Source of the DNA: Trichoplax adhaerens
Lineage: Eukaryota > Animalia > Placozoa
Direction: 5' to 3'
NCBI RefSeq assembly: GCF_000150275.1
Contig: NW_002060943.1
Span: 186,001 to 250,000, forward strand
DNA: 64,000 bases
Shown piece by piece: positions 37,935-51,840 of this stretch. The notes under the pieces were generated by a model. The model did no database searches and had not been told where the DNA came from. It was given only the letters and a program-made list of their open reading frames with translations. Positions within the stretch are counted from its first letter, which is position 1. Every line of letters begins with the position of its first letter. The translations under genes were made by a program, and so were the position numbers.

Positions 37935-40900
37935 TAAAATAGCTGTTCCAACTTTTAATTATTAAAAAAATTTTTAATATTTTACAGACTTGTCTTGAAT
38001 GATAGATGTTTGTTCGTGCCATCAATTTAGACAACTGAATTTGTTCATTGATTCGAGCGTTGAATGACATGTGTAGAATGCGTTATTTGTAACGCTATTT
38101 ACACTCATTCCGTTAAATACGTAATTACGATTTATCATTGAAGTTTACAGTATTTTCTTGCTATAAATTAGCTATAATGTTACGCTCGATTCTTAAAATG
38201 ATAATTTCAAATATCGTAATTGCTGCTTCTGCTTCAGTAAGGGTAACATGTTTCACAGTTCTTACATATACCATATTTTTATTCTACCCTTATAACGGAT
38301 CTGATTGAAGTAGTCAAAGCTGAAAAACGCGGTTGTCAGAAGACAACTACAATGACAGCTGCTTTATATCTATATGACATGGATTTAGGAGACGAAAAAT
38401 ATGATGTAGTTTATTCTAAGAATTGAAAAATATTTTACTTTCCTACTAAAGTGCTATGGCTAGATCTTTTAACGGAGATTGCCCATTATTAATATTATGG
38501 TATGCGGACTTTAGATGAAATAATCTCAATTGTAGGAAATAACAACTGATCTTTGCTTTTAACGGTAGCTGTAAAGTCTTGACTTTATTCTTTAGGTAAG
38601 TGATGGCTAAGTTCCAACACTACTCCTTCTTGATTTTCTACTAATGCGACGTTTTAAATATATTTGAATTGTATCACCTCGACTAAGATAATTACAAAAT
38701 TTTTTCAGTTTCAATCGAATATTCCAAAAAAATTTGTCCTAATTTACTAAGATCTCATTTTACTTGTACAATGATCTTCAACGTTACTAATCTGCCTACC
38801 ACAAAGAGTATGCAACGGTTTACTACCGAAATTGTTGTTGACTTAACTGATGATCTATGTAACGTTGTAATATTTGAACTTTGTAGATAAAAATTTACTT
38901 TGCAGTTTGCACTTCCCTTTGAAAAGAAGGATAATATTAAAGTTTTTATGATAATAAATAAGGTATATGAGTATTAGAATTTCCGGTGTTACATTTCGAT
39001 CGGTGGATGATGTACTAAAATAGAAAAAATAAAAATAGTTAATGTTGTAAACTTGTAAAATAATACGTTATTACACGTTTACCTATATTAAAATACTACA
39101 TTATTTATAGGCAGCGCAGGCCAATAGAAGATAATGCAAAGATAAATTTCAGCTATATGATTATTGAGATTGAAACGGATAGATAATAGGACTCTTATTG
39201 TGTTTTACAATAATATCTGTATTGCACATGCATAATTATCTATCAAATATCAGTAATACAGTAGATAAACCATCGAAACTGCTGCAACAACACATGAAAT
39301 AAAATAAATGTTTAGAAGTTCGTGTTTGCAGTATATGCACTGTACCACTCATATTCTGTAGTCAATACTGAAGACTATTATAAGATGAAATTTACTACTG
39401 TGATGCACTCCCATTTTAAAAGATCATTATGAACTAGTAGAAAGGTCCAACTTGGACCGTAACTGCTAAAAGAAAAAGTAAAACCTACTTGAACTGATTC
39501 GATTTATTGGAGAAGTTCTTGAATACTTTATTTCCACTCACTTGCTACAACCTACAACGAGATTACGCTGTCTCTCGGTTGTGGATGATTTATGAATAAA
39601 ATTTTTCTGTAACTTCTGTAAGAGTAAAGTCAAGAAAATCATAAAATTCATGCTAGGAGGACCTTCAGCAAGCCCTAACTATAGATAATTACCCAAGTTG
39701 GTTATATCCGCAATTAAAATAATAGAATTGCGAACACCAAATGCCATACTAGAAGAGAAAGAAAAACTCTGCAGAGTAGCAATCTTAGTTTGAACTGTAC
39801 GTGTATAAGAGCATCCTGTACATACTGGTATGTATCTAGTATGTATCTAGTAGTTCTGTGGATCGATTCTAAATGATAAATAAATATGATAAGTACATAA
39901 GACACTATCGTGGACATATATAAACGTAGTAGAGCTCGCTTCCCTCATCATTTGAGCCTTTTCATATCTTTGCATAGCATTCCAGTACCTGGGCTTTATC
40001 GAAAGCCGAGGAAATGGCCTATGAAGCGGCTAGCTCAGTACTAGTATCTCCTATAACACTGATCGCAAATGTATCCTAGACATGAGCGAATTCTGATGTA
40101 TTCTATCGTATTGCCTCCAATATCCTATATGAATGCAACTTACGCTATCATACAGTAACTACATGAACTGATTTCATTCCTATGTACAGTTATAATAAAT
40201 ACTTGTAAGACCACCATTTACAATGCTATGAAACGTGGTGAAGAACTTAGAATCGGAATCCTGGCAGGCCTAACCATAAAAGAAACTGTTACATTGATAG
40301 TTGTCAACATCTAAATAAGAAAGTACCATTAGGAATCACAATTACAATCGCACAATATTATAATAACTACTATAGTATATCCAAGACTGTAATCGAATAC
40401 TATATCTAACAAATACCGAAGTTAATATCTATTTATTTAGAACTACATTCAACTGTATTCCGGCAAGGCTCTACTGCTAAATTTTAGTGCGCCACTGTCT
40501 GTCTCTTCCTTAATCATTTAAAATAACGTTCGGTAAATGCCAGAAGAAAACATAACAGCTACCGTCCCAAATCGGTAAGTAACAAGTAGAAGTAATCTAC
40601 CACTTAGCCACAAGATACGGTAACTGAATTCATAGCATACGCGTAATCACAGTTACTGAATAATGCCGCAGCATAGTATCTGTACACAGTGTACGGTCAT
40701 AAATTACTGGAAAAAGAAGACTTTTATTAATTTTCCAGTAGCCCTGAAATTATCATAGAAATCTACCATTTCCAGGTATGTCTACTACTGTACAACATTT
40801 CTATTTCTATTATTCCTATTTCTGGGCAAATAAGCTATTTTTGTTATTAGAGCTTCAATAATCAATAATCTATATCAGGTCCAAAAGAAGTGAGCGTACT

Positions 40901-41250
40901 AAGAAAATTGAAATGTTCAAGTCAGAAAATCAGCCATGATATCGGTACCGCGACTTCAGTTGTTATTTGTTAATGACAAGCTATGCGTAGATTTATTTGC
41001 AAGCGAAAATAGCCAGCATACCATGGTCTGTTCACAGTATACCGTAAACATATAAACTACTACAGGTAAGAACATCCAGTAGTATACAGTATTACACAAC
41101 ATTGAATAGCCCAATTTAATTTCAATCAATCAATTGAGCTACAACATTAACAAGCAGCCATGTTGAACCTTGCGAGTTTTGCCTATTCCGCAGTGCTGCA
41201 AGAATGTAGAGTAGCTATAAATAGTAAAATCTCCCATCCTATCATCGGTT

Positions 41251-41324
41251 GGCGCTGTGGCTTAGTTGGTTAAAGCGCCTGTCTAGTAAACAGGAGATCC
41301 CCGGTTCGAATCCGGGCAGTGCCT
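41251..41324 (+). tRNA. tRNA-Thr (anticodon AGT)
   Basis: Acceptor stem GGCGCTG/CAGTGCC, D arm GCTTAGTTGGTTAAAGC, anticodon arm CCTGT-CTAGTAA-ACAGG and T arm CCCGG-TTCGAAT-CCGGG. T-runs follow as a Pol III terminator. Confidence 0.98.
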
Positions 41325-43536
41325 CTCTTTTTGTTTTTTTTTCCTATTTCCATCCGTACTCTACTGTACACTGTACAGTACTGACGACACAGTATAGGGG
41401 ATCATTCCATAGTACTGTATACTAGGGTACCATATAGATAGAACATCCCGTAACAACAGTTTAAGGCGGTGACGTTAATGGGTTGTTTATTTGCCTTGTT
41501 TACTTCCAGTTGTTGTATATTGTTTATTTTATTTTTCATTAACTGAACCCGCTGAGCAAGGCAAAAGATCATTCCTTCCTTGCTTCATGTTCTATAACCA
41601 TGTAGTCATGGATAATTGGTATCAATTCCTCTGAAACTATCGTTAGTGAGGCATCATTAATTCTTGCATAAAAACATCTTGAAATACGAACTATATTAAC
41701 CAAATTATGGACAGGCCATACGGTCGATGATGGGATATACAAGCTTGATACGAGTATAGTCAATTAGTCATGGACCACTAGATACTTTCTATAGGGTATA
41801 GTATCTAATGGTCTAGGGTACAGTATCAAAACACGATAATAAAGTGTCCAATAAATTAACTCGACTGTATATCAAACCCTCCCAATATTGTACAATATTG
41901 TCGCTACAGTATTCACTATATTGATATATCATATAATGTCGACGGTGATAGCCTTGCATGCAATTCTGCCAACTGCTCTAGGACTACAATTAACAATGTC
42001 AACATAGTATAGCAATGCTGAAATGGGTTGCATTGTAAGCTGCTAGAAGAGTTTGTTGTTGTAGTCATGAAGTTACTCAAATCACTTTAGAGTAGCCTAC
42101 GATCGTTCAACCTAGAAAACACGGCTTTAGTATACTTATATCTCTACGTGACTTAATGATGAAGATCCTTTCGAGGATTTTTTAATACATGTGCTACGCT
42201 AACAAATTTTAGCTTGCTTTTCGTATTTCATAAAATTAAAGAATGATCTTTTGTTTAAACATTTCAATTAACGAATAGTAATATGATTCTATAATAAAAC
42301 GGACAGCATCGAGGATTGCTAAATGGAGATTGAGCTATTTTACAATAAGGAAATGCGCTATTTTATTGCAAGCACAATCTACCTTAACCATGTATGCATA
42401 CAATTCCTTTTCATTTGACGGAGTGGCTACTAACAATACAATTGCGATAATCTCTCATCGCTAGAATTCAAAGTAGATTTTAATATCTGGGAAATTATCC
42501 CCGTGGTAAAATTATTACATACAGTACAGTAAAGCATCTATAATCAATCATGCAAAAACGTCAACAACTTAGCAAATAAAATACTCATAGACACGAAGAT
42601 TTCAGCTAAATTAAAAGCTTTTATGTCCATGTATAAATTTGATAAATTGCAATAATTAAATAAACAGGCAGGTAGCTCAAACGGAATATAATGATTACAA
42701 TTGATTCACTAATTTCGAAGCTGTAATAATTAATTAATTATTACTAGATTGTAATAACTATGTATTACCATTGATATGAACCTTAGTCAATTTACATTCA
42801 CTAAATGTAACGAGCATATGAATAGGAATGGATCCTTAAACACATACAGCAACAAGTATATTTGTGAACGAATACTGCAATACATTGTTAATGATTCAAT
42901 ACGATTATAAACTATAGTATAGATACAACTCCGCATAAATTCATATATCAGATACTGACAGTCCAAGCATAAAGATGAGAACAGTTGTAGTATATTTTGC
43001 GAAGGATACATGAAAATATTGTATTATAAATCCAATAGTTATTATCTTTGAATAATATTAACTACATAGAAACTAGATTCATGATGTACTTTAAAAATAG
43101 AACGAATAAATCGCTAAATAATGCAACATTATGCAATACCGTAATCGAGTGTAGACATTCCTAATAGTAACCTATTTTATAATTAGTGATTATGATCTCT
43201 CATACGTGTAACATGTAACTATGAAACCCGAAAATCATTAAAGCATGATTTCAATATTTTCCTCTTTCTAATACAATCATCGCAGTACAGAAACATATTC
43301 CTCCCTTGTAAAACATGACAATAAATCAGCACGTACACAGTATACATTAGCCATATCTCAAACATTATCTACAATTATAATAGCACAAAACGAAGAATTA
43401 CTATCAGATCAGCAACTTTGCAATGAGTAGTAGCCTAGCTATATGTCATCCTAAACTTTAGCTAAGTTGATTATATCAGAATACAAGACAAGAAGTTACA
43501 TTTGTAATTTCATCAAGGTTTTATATTAATAATTAA

Positions 43537-46500
43537 CTACGGTTTTTGCAGCTTGGTGATTTCCGTAATCAGATAGGATTTTTCATCCATAAATTGCTCG
43601 TCATCTAAAATGTCAATGGCAAAACAATTATTATTTTAGCAATACGCGTATAAAGTATATTATCAAATCAAATTTAGCCTTGATAACTATAAAAGCACCT
43701 GTTCTATCTGTTTGAAATTTAGGCAAGAATGTTAATAGTTTCTCCTTATTCTTAAATAAAATATCTATTATGGGTTTAGCCTTATTAGGGTTCGCAACAA
43801 AAACCTATCGTAGGAATACGTAAGTTGTTATTATCACTATTATAGCAATGATATAGAAATTTATCTGATATATTTTATGGTATTAGTCTGAATCATCGAT
43901 AAGAAATAGCTATAAAGTGCACCTTAAACACATGGAAGGCTTCAAATTGAATATTTCTACTCTTATCCTTGAGTAAATTCATGATAAGCTTAAGATTTTC
44001 CGTATTACCAACGTATTTCGTCATCGAAGAAAAATTGTGATGATCCAGCAAGATTTCTCCCAATAACTGCAATCAAAAGATTCCCTTCTTTTATTAGATG
44101 TATGTTATCTATACGTGTGTGTATACGATATAAATTATATTATTGGTTCTTGTATACCTTCAAAGATTGCCTTTTGGTCACATAATTTTCTGACGTTAAT
44201 AACTTGACGTAATGTTCAAAAAGCTATCACAAGAATTATGAACAATCATGATATTTTAGTTCGTATTATTCAGTAGATGAAAATGATAGTACATTTCCTA
44301 GCTGCTTTAACAATTAGTAACACTTGTATATACATCATCTACCTTGTCATAATTTTTCTCGATAAATTCGGCACATAGCGTTTTATGCTTTGTTAATAAA
44401 TCCTAAAGGCAAATGGTAATCATTTTTACTACAGCTGCTATTTGACAAGGGGAATAAAATTAGCAAGGCACGGAAATACTCGTATGCAATTACCTTAAAC
44501 GTAGAGAATGCATCAGAAGCAACATCAAAAGCAGAAAGTTCGACATAAGTAAAAAATTGATAGAAGGCATCAGAACTTAGAATAAATTTCGCCAATATAT
44601 CGTATTTGACACACTCTCTTAGAATTATGCCACAATTGAGGGCAATATCTGAATTTTCGTAGCTTCAATTGTTGCATGTTGTAAGTTATATAGCAGTAAA
44701 ATAATACAAATTTTGATTATAACCTTGATAAACACCAAATAACGTATACTATTAACTGAAGTTGAGAGTAAGACGATTAATAGCATAATAATTAAAGTTA
44801 CCCTTGGATTAAAGTGAAAAGGATTTCATTTTTACTGCGAACATATTCAACAGTAGGTGAGCGAGTGCCGATTTGTCTCCTAAGTAAAATATTAAAAATC
44901 TGGACGACATCCTTTTTCGCCTAATCAAGAGTCAAAAATTAGATTTATTAGAGAAAGAAGAACAAACTTGTTTCTAATATGTTAAATCAAATACTGGATG
45001 CCATTTTTATTCACCTCAAATTCCAATCTATGAAGATGATTAACCAGAAACAGCAATAAGTCGAAGTTATAAATTTCTTGCGCTAATTGAGCGACTTGCT
45101 CTGTTTGTGGCTCTTGATCTATAAATAAAAAAAGTAGTAGTATTTTAATATTTTGCAGATGTTCCTTCAATGTACGTACTCTACTCTGCAAGAATAGACG
45201 ACTACATCCATGGCCTGATCATTATTTACAAAGATTAATTGAACTAGAATCTAAATTGAAAGTACTACACCGAGCTTATAACTAGATAATTCAGTGTAGA
45301 GTACTGTACAAGTATGATGTCAACTTTTTGAACCATGACACGCAGCTTTCTTAATTATCGTATTATTTTGACCTTTCAAAGCACAATTATAATGACGGTT
45401 ACAATTAATTAATACTATCCTCTACAGCTGTACGCTATAACGAGATATTTCGATGGTGTACGATTTATCTACTATAGCATAAAAAAACAGTATCTTACTT
45501 GTCAATAACTTGTTACTAAGTATAAGTTAACGTACTACCATGCATGCCACTTCCTCACATTGATGTGTAATCGTTCAATACAAATTAGAATTAATATATA
45601 ACATTGACGTAATGTTACCAAAATCGCCGTACTAAAGGTAAATAATTGATAGCAACTCTCTTACAACTTTACATCATTAACCAATTGTAAATTGGCCAAT
45701 ATTGTATCAAAATAAAAATGTATTGAACTACAGTATTAGTACCACTATCAAACTGGAACATACGTCAGTAAGTGACAGCAATTATCTTGTTTACATCACA
45801 TCGTTTATATCATTAACTTAACCAATTGTAAATTGTAAAGTTGCTAATACTGTATAGAGATAAAACGTCTTGAACTATAGTATCAATACCACTATCAGAG
45901 GGGAACATAAATGTAAGTTTCAAAAATTGAGGGAAACACTGTGCTGTACACTGTACAATCAAGCCATCTTACACCTTGACATCATAAACAAATTGTAAAC
46001 TTGACAATCTGGAGATAAAACGTATTGAACTATCAATACCATAATCAAAGTGAAAAATAAATGTACTGCTCAGTTGTCGCCTTAACTGGCAAAATGCTTA
46101 CCTCCAACTCCACATAATATATTCTTCATTGCTACCAATTGCTTACCAATTTCATCTGTAGCCTAATGATAAGGTGAATAGAATAGATTAGTAATTATAT
46201 AGCGAGGCTTTTATACCTTTGCAATACATAACCTCCAAAATGAAATACCATTGGCATTGCATGTTACAGTCTAACCACACTATTTTTGCGTGCAGTAGTA
46301 GTCAATGTAATCTGTCATCGTTGAGAGTTATCTCTATGCGTTGAACAACTCGTGTTCAACGCTATCGCATTCAGAGGTAGAGAAAAGAGGTAAAAGTCAT
46401 GGCAAAAATCATACGCACGCCCCAATTTTGTAACATAGCTTGATAACAGTGCTGTTACTCCCTATGATATTAGCACTATACTGCATCATCATGCAATTCA

Positions 46501-47643
46501 ACCAATGTATTGAGTCTAAATCGTTCTTCATTGATTAAAAGCAATCAATCTTGATCACGTTCCAATCAATCATTTAAGAGCTCAATGGACTTTAAAATTT
46601 TGGCTTGAAATTCTGTCGTACAAACCAACTAAGTGAACCGCTTGTATTGATAGCTTAGCAATGGCACAAGGCAACAGTTTAACTGTATTTCATCTTTGTA
46701 GCATTTGGTCGAAGAATAAGGTTGACATATTGAATCCATCACGGCTTGTCCTAGACCGCATTCCAAGATACAATACTGTATGTTTGCCGTGACGATGACA
46801 GCGCCATTGAAGAGATAAAATGATCAGATAGTATCGAGTAAAGTATAAAGAATAAGCACGGGCATTTCTGATCTATCCAGTGTCATCAAGACAACTACAA
46901 CAGTTGAAGAAAGAAAACAACTAGCCAACTCATTAGAGAACAGTTTTTGACCGTGCCTTGTTGCAGGGGATTACCCTCATCTACACAGAGTCGATTGTAC
47001 TTGCCTAGTTTATGTCTACTTCTATGATACTCTGTATGCGTTATTACCCAATTGCATTGTGACAAAGAATAAGGCGAAGTTATTACAGCAAGATTGAAAA
47101 ATCATGGTGTCTACAATCGATTGAGTCGTATCGTTTCCGATGGTTGAAATTGGAATTCTACAATGTCGTTGTGGTTAAAATGGATTGCACTTGGATATTG
47201 TATGTTGTCCTAAGCAAGTATAGTACTACCCATGTTTTGTAGAGTAGTCTCATTACTACTAAGGCAATAGTATGCCAAGTTAGCCTAGCCCTTGAGAGAA
47301 ACCCATTCATTATCATCGATCAGACTCTAAACTTAAGTTAAGACTACAACCGAGACAATACCGTTCAAGCCCACCAATGCCATTCATTGCATTGATGACT
47401 ATGGTATAGGATAACACTTTACAATTAGAAAATGATGGCGGAGTCATGAGTTGAGATGAACACCAAGTCGGAAAGCTTCAAAGCACTATGTCGACAACAG
47501 CAGTAGTGGATGACAACGTTGTAAGTAGGGTTTACCTTCTCTGCTTTCTTGCCAGAACCTTCTTTAATGATTGTCGCCAAAGCATCGCGAGAAATCCGAA
47601 CAAGCTCATAGGGCGATTTCTGCTTGGAACCAAATAGCGGCAT
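43537..47643 (-). CDS. CAB39: MO25 / calcium-binding protein 39 (scaffold of LKB1-STRAD and STE20 kinases), multi-exon
   Basis: Exons encode [15 protein letters not shown]..., [87 protein letters not shown] and [22 protein letters not shown]. The stop TAG is at 43539-43537. Confidence 0.96.
45655..46060. repeat. Degenerate tandem repeat (~3 copies) in CAB39 intron 2
   Basis: Recurring aattgtaaa(t/c/g)ttg...ataaaa...ttgaacta...tacca(c/t)(t/a)atca blocks. Confidence 0.75.
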
Positions 47644-47829
47644 GGTCGACAAAACAAGGTTGATTACTCCTTCTAATCCTTACAAGGCAGCGATTGCTGA
47701 CGACTTTTGAAAAAACTGCAAATCCAAAATCAAGTCCAATATTCAACTCCTGCTGCAACTTGCTCTGCTGTATCCCACAGCTGTATGGACGTATGGACGT
47801 ACTTACGCTTTCTTGTTGTCGAGGCGAGG

Positions 47830-48740
47830 AACGGCGCGCCGTACTGGTCTGTACTAGACCGTACTGGTACGCGGCGCATCGGTCTACAGTACACTGTACT
47901 GTACTGTACAGTGTACAGTGCTGACAGCATGATCCCAGAGCAAAGGATCCTCCCTCGTCTACAGTACTGTACTACAGACTCTGCACTCTACAGTGTACAG
48001 TACAGTACTGTAGAGGTCCGCAGAACAACTCCAGTGTGTGGCACGTGACTTGCGGCGCCTTGGATGTTGTTGACTGGAAGTTGATTTGGCCGCTTCGCTG
48101 GCGCTGCCAGTCTTTTACGGCGTACTGTACACTGTACACTGTACGCTACGGCTCGATCAGGCTAGATGTGCAGTACTGTACTGTACTGTACTGTAAAACA
48201 CAAGTTGTTGGCTTTGTTTCCAGTACAACAGCAAGAAATAATACGACAAGTATTTTACACATTTTGGTACAGTACTGTACACTGTACAGTAGAACACCAA
48301 GAAATACTGTACTGTATGTACTGTACTGTACAGTGTACAGTACTACTGTAGCACGAAGAAAAAGCAGATTTTCCTTTCAGTACTGTAGCAAAATGTGTAA
48401 AATATTGCACATGTCCTACAGGATTACTGTCTACTGTATACAACAACGCCAGCTAAAATGTCTTCAATTAGAATTATTCAACCTATTCTTATGTCCAATC
48501 TTACAGTAAAAATGAACGCGATGACGTAAAACAGACCGGTAAAACAGATGAAATCGATGAAAAATAAATAAAATAAAATAGATAAAGTAGATGCAAAACA
48601 GATGTCGTTCCTTAGGGCTTTGCTTCCACTATAATACCAAAAAGTGAAAACGACATCTATTTTACACATTCTGGTACAGTACTGTATCGTCCAGTCCTGG
48701 TACAGTACACTGTACTGTGCACTACAGTGTACAGTATTGA
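47830..48740. promoter_or_regulatory. CAB39 upstream region densely packed with TACTG/CAGTA palindromic repeats and an E-box
   Basis: Dozens of TACTGTAC, GTACAGTA and ACTGTACAGT instances, and a (TACTG)4 run at about 48174. CACGTGAC is at 48042-48049 (GTCACGTG on the CAB39 sense strand). Confidence 0.6.
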
Positions 48741-49440
48741 AAGCAAAAGATGCTTTTTCTTCGCGCTGTTAACTAGGAACCCAAGGCAAAATGTCACTAA
48801 TCGGAACAAATTAATGATTCAACCCATTCTTATGTCCAATCTTACAGTAAAAATGAACGTCTAATGTCGAACTACTAGTAGGACGTTGGTGAGAAGAAAA
48901 GTTTGACTTTTTCTTGGCGCTAGTACTGCACTGTGACTATGCTATGCCTACCATAGCAGCAACTTCAGTAGTTAACTCAAGGCAAAGCCCCTACTGGACT
49001 CAACCAATTCTTCTGCCCAATCTTACAGTACAGTACAGTAAAAATGAACAGCATGTCCAACTACACGTTAGTGAGAAAGAAAAGCTTGGCTTTTTCTTGG
49101 CGCTAGTACCGCACTCTGACTATGCTACGCCTAGTGAGTAGTGAACAAAAAGCAAAGCCCCAATTGGACTCTACCAATTCTTTCTGTACCTGTCTGTACA
49201 GTGTACATTGTGTATGCCCAATCTTACAGTAAAAAGAAGGGACACTTAACCACGGTGGGGGTGAGAAGAAAAGCTTTTGCTTTTTCTTCGCACTAGTACT
49301 GCACTGTGACTATGCTACGCCAACAATAGCAGGGACTAGTCAACAAAAAATTTTCCATATCCATTAGCAACCCAAGCCAAAGTCCCAATTAATTCATTAT
49401 TCAACTTGACAAATTCTTATGTCCAATCTTACATTGAAAA
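48480..49440. repeat. Degenerate modular repeat, ~5 copies of (t/c)ccaatcttacagtaaaaatgaac plus associated blocks
   Basis: The core recurs at about 48485, 48826, 49007, 49217 and 49414. The block gtgagaagaaaag...tttttcttggcgctagtactgcactgtgactatgcta occurs three times. Confidence 0.8.
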
Positions 49441-49799
49441 GGACAGAGAAACACCACTACCTACTCACTGTACAATATATGTCACATACAAGACCGGTAT
49501 TACGACGCGACTTGGACAGTAAAATGGTTGCAGCGACCGGACATCAAACAGCGAATGATCGCTTGAACTCCAAACTTGAAACAAATAGAATCATTCAATA
49601 CTGCAATAAAAAGGAATCACAATACCAAGAGCCAATTGCTCAAGGTTGTACTGATCTATCTGCATGGAATTGGAGCCAAATTGAAAGTCCATTTCTTCAA
49701 AATGGATAATGGAAGCAACTCTTGTAGAGTGGAACATCTTTCAACCATTTTACAGCGCTCGCCGCGCCCCTGGAAGAGTGGTCTTATACAATTGCAACC

Positions 49800-50451
49800 C
49801 TAGAGGAAGGCTATGGAAAAATCGCGGAGTTTTACCAAGGGTGGTGAGAAACAGAGGGAAAGTTGGGGGTTGACTAGTCTCTGACTTGTATCTAAGCAAT
49901 GCAATTATTACAATTGACAACTTTAGCATCTTCAACTAAAGGCATCGAAGTGTAGTATAAATACCACGGCGCCGCTCATTTTAGGAAGACTATGGAAAAA
50001 TCGCGGAGTTTTACCAAGGGTGATAAGAAACAGAGGGAAAGTTGGGGGTTGACTAGTCTCTGACTTATATCTAAGCAATGCAATTATTACAATTGACAAC
50101 TTTAGCATCTTAAACTAAAAGCATCGAAGTGTAGTATAAATACCACGGCGCAGCTCATTTTAGGAAGACTATGGAAAAATCGGACTTCTGGTAAGGGATG
50201 GTGAGGAACAGTTGGAAAATTGAGGGTTGACTAGTCCCTGACCTGTAACTAAGCAATGCAATTACTGCAATTGACAACTTTTGCATCTTAAACTAAAGGC
50301 ATCGAAGAGTAGTATAAATACCCCGGCCGGCGCCGCTCATTTGAAGCGAGGGTGGGTGGCATATACTTTACACTAGTGTACACCGTACGGTGCAACCCTT
50401 TAGGAAGACTATGCAAAAATCGGAGTTTCCCCAAGGGGTGGTGAGGAACAG
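49800..50451 (+). repeat. Tandem array, ~180 bp unit, 3 full copies plus a partial copy running into an assembly gap
   Basis: Units begin aggaag(a/g)ctatg(g/c)aaaaat at about 49804, 49983, 50162 and 50402. Each full copy ends with AGTATAAATACC...GCTCATTT. Confidence 0.93.
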
Positions 50452-51840
50452 NNNNNNNNNNNNNNNNNNNNNNNNNNNNNNNNNNNNNNNNNNNNNNNNN
50501 NNNNNNNNNNNNNNNNNNNNNNNNNNNNNNNNNNNNNNNNNNNNNNNNNNNNNNNNNNNNNNNNNNNNNNNNNNNNNNNNNNNNNNNNNNNNNNNNNNNN
50601 NNNNNNNNNNNNNNNNNNNNNNNNNNNNNNNNNNNNNNNNNNNNATCAACAGGGCAAAGAAAAAGTATAACAGAGCTAATGTACTATATTGTGCATGAAT
50701 TTATTTAAAAAGATCCATAAGCATAATCTAGACAGTTGTAGCATCGTCAGACGCGTAAAAATCACACAACGCATGCATTCACATTCTAAATTTATCTCCA
50801 GTTAGTAGCTAGTACATATCCGTGGGCTGTACTCCTAGTAAACAGCTTGATATATTTAAAACGCAATATTTAGGACTTTTTAAATGATCGTTTATTGGAA
50901 TATTATCAGATTATAGTTTACATATTTAATAAAGGCAAGGTACAGACCGCATAAAATGAGGTATATCTTTAATTGACATCTATCTTACTTCATGACCAGC
51001 TATACCTACATTTTTTTATGGATAGGGTCACATTATTAATAGGATTGGGTAACGTTCAATGTAGATATTGCACAAGCTATAGCTTCTACTCAATACTAAT
51101 CTATCTTCTTTAATTGCTAGATGATATTATATGACATCTTTTCATCATATGGGCTCAAGGTTAATTCTGCCAATTATTTGCAACTTTAATAAAGCCCACT
51201 TGGGTAATATAATACTCCTTCCTGTATACACGTCCTAAAAAAGAAATAAAAAAGTTTATCAATAAATACGCTATATTAACTATATATACAATAATCCTGA
51301 CCGTAGTTATTGTTATTGTTAGGCAAGTATAGCTAATAATATATTATTATTAACGACTAGAATACTGCTGGGTCTTGTGTATTATAATATTTTTAGAACG
51401 ACTAGATTAAACTGCATCTAATAGTAACTCGCGACAAGTAGAGTACGCGCGTAAACGGATGCTCGACATATGGACTGCAAGAGGACCTACCTACCATTCA
51501 TTCTAATGTAGCGTAAAGTAACATTTAAAATCTATTTCAATCCATAAGCAAAAAAAGCAAAATTGTTGGATCTACTTTAATTTCATCCTTGTTCAATCTT
51601 TAATCCCATTAGTATTCTTACTATACTGAAACATTGTATCTGGTATCAGGAACATCAAGAAAATATAAAAATAAAAGCAACTCAAATTTGATCCTAATAG
51701 CTGATATCAATTACAGTATCTATCGTGTAAACTCATACAGCAGAAAGAAAGCTAAATTCTATTTTGAACACAAAACTAACATTTGTATTCGATCAACTAC
51801 AGTAGTACAAATCTTTACCAATAATTTGGCCGGTATAGGC

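Noticed and set aside
37547-37951. Antisense 134-aa ORF over the WD40 exon
   Set aside because: Shadow ORF of a long coding exon, with no independent evidence.
38000-41200. Possible gene between the NWD-type gene and the tRNA
   Set aside because: Only short ORFs without recognisable motifs or a consistent exon chain.
47694-48509. Overlapping ORFs rich in YCTV/TVQY
   Set aside because: Translation artefact of the stop-poor TACTG/CAGTA low-complexity DNA.
50368-50698. ORFs spanning the N-run
   Set aside because: Artefacts of the assembly gap.
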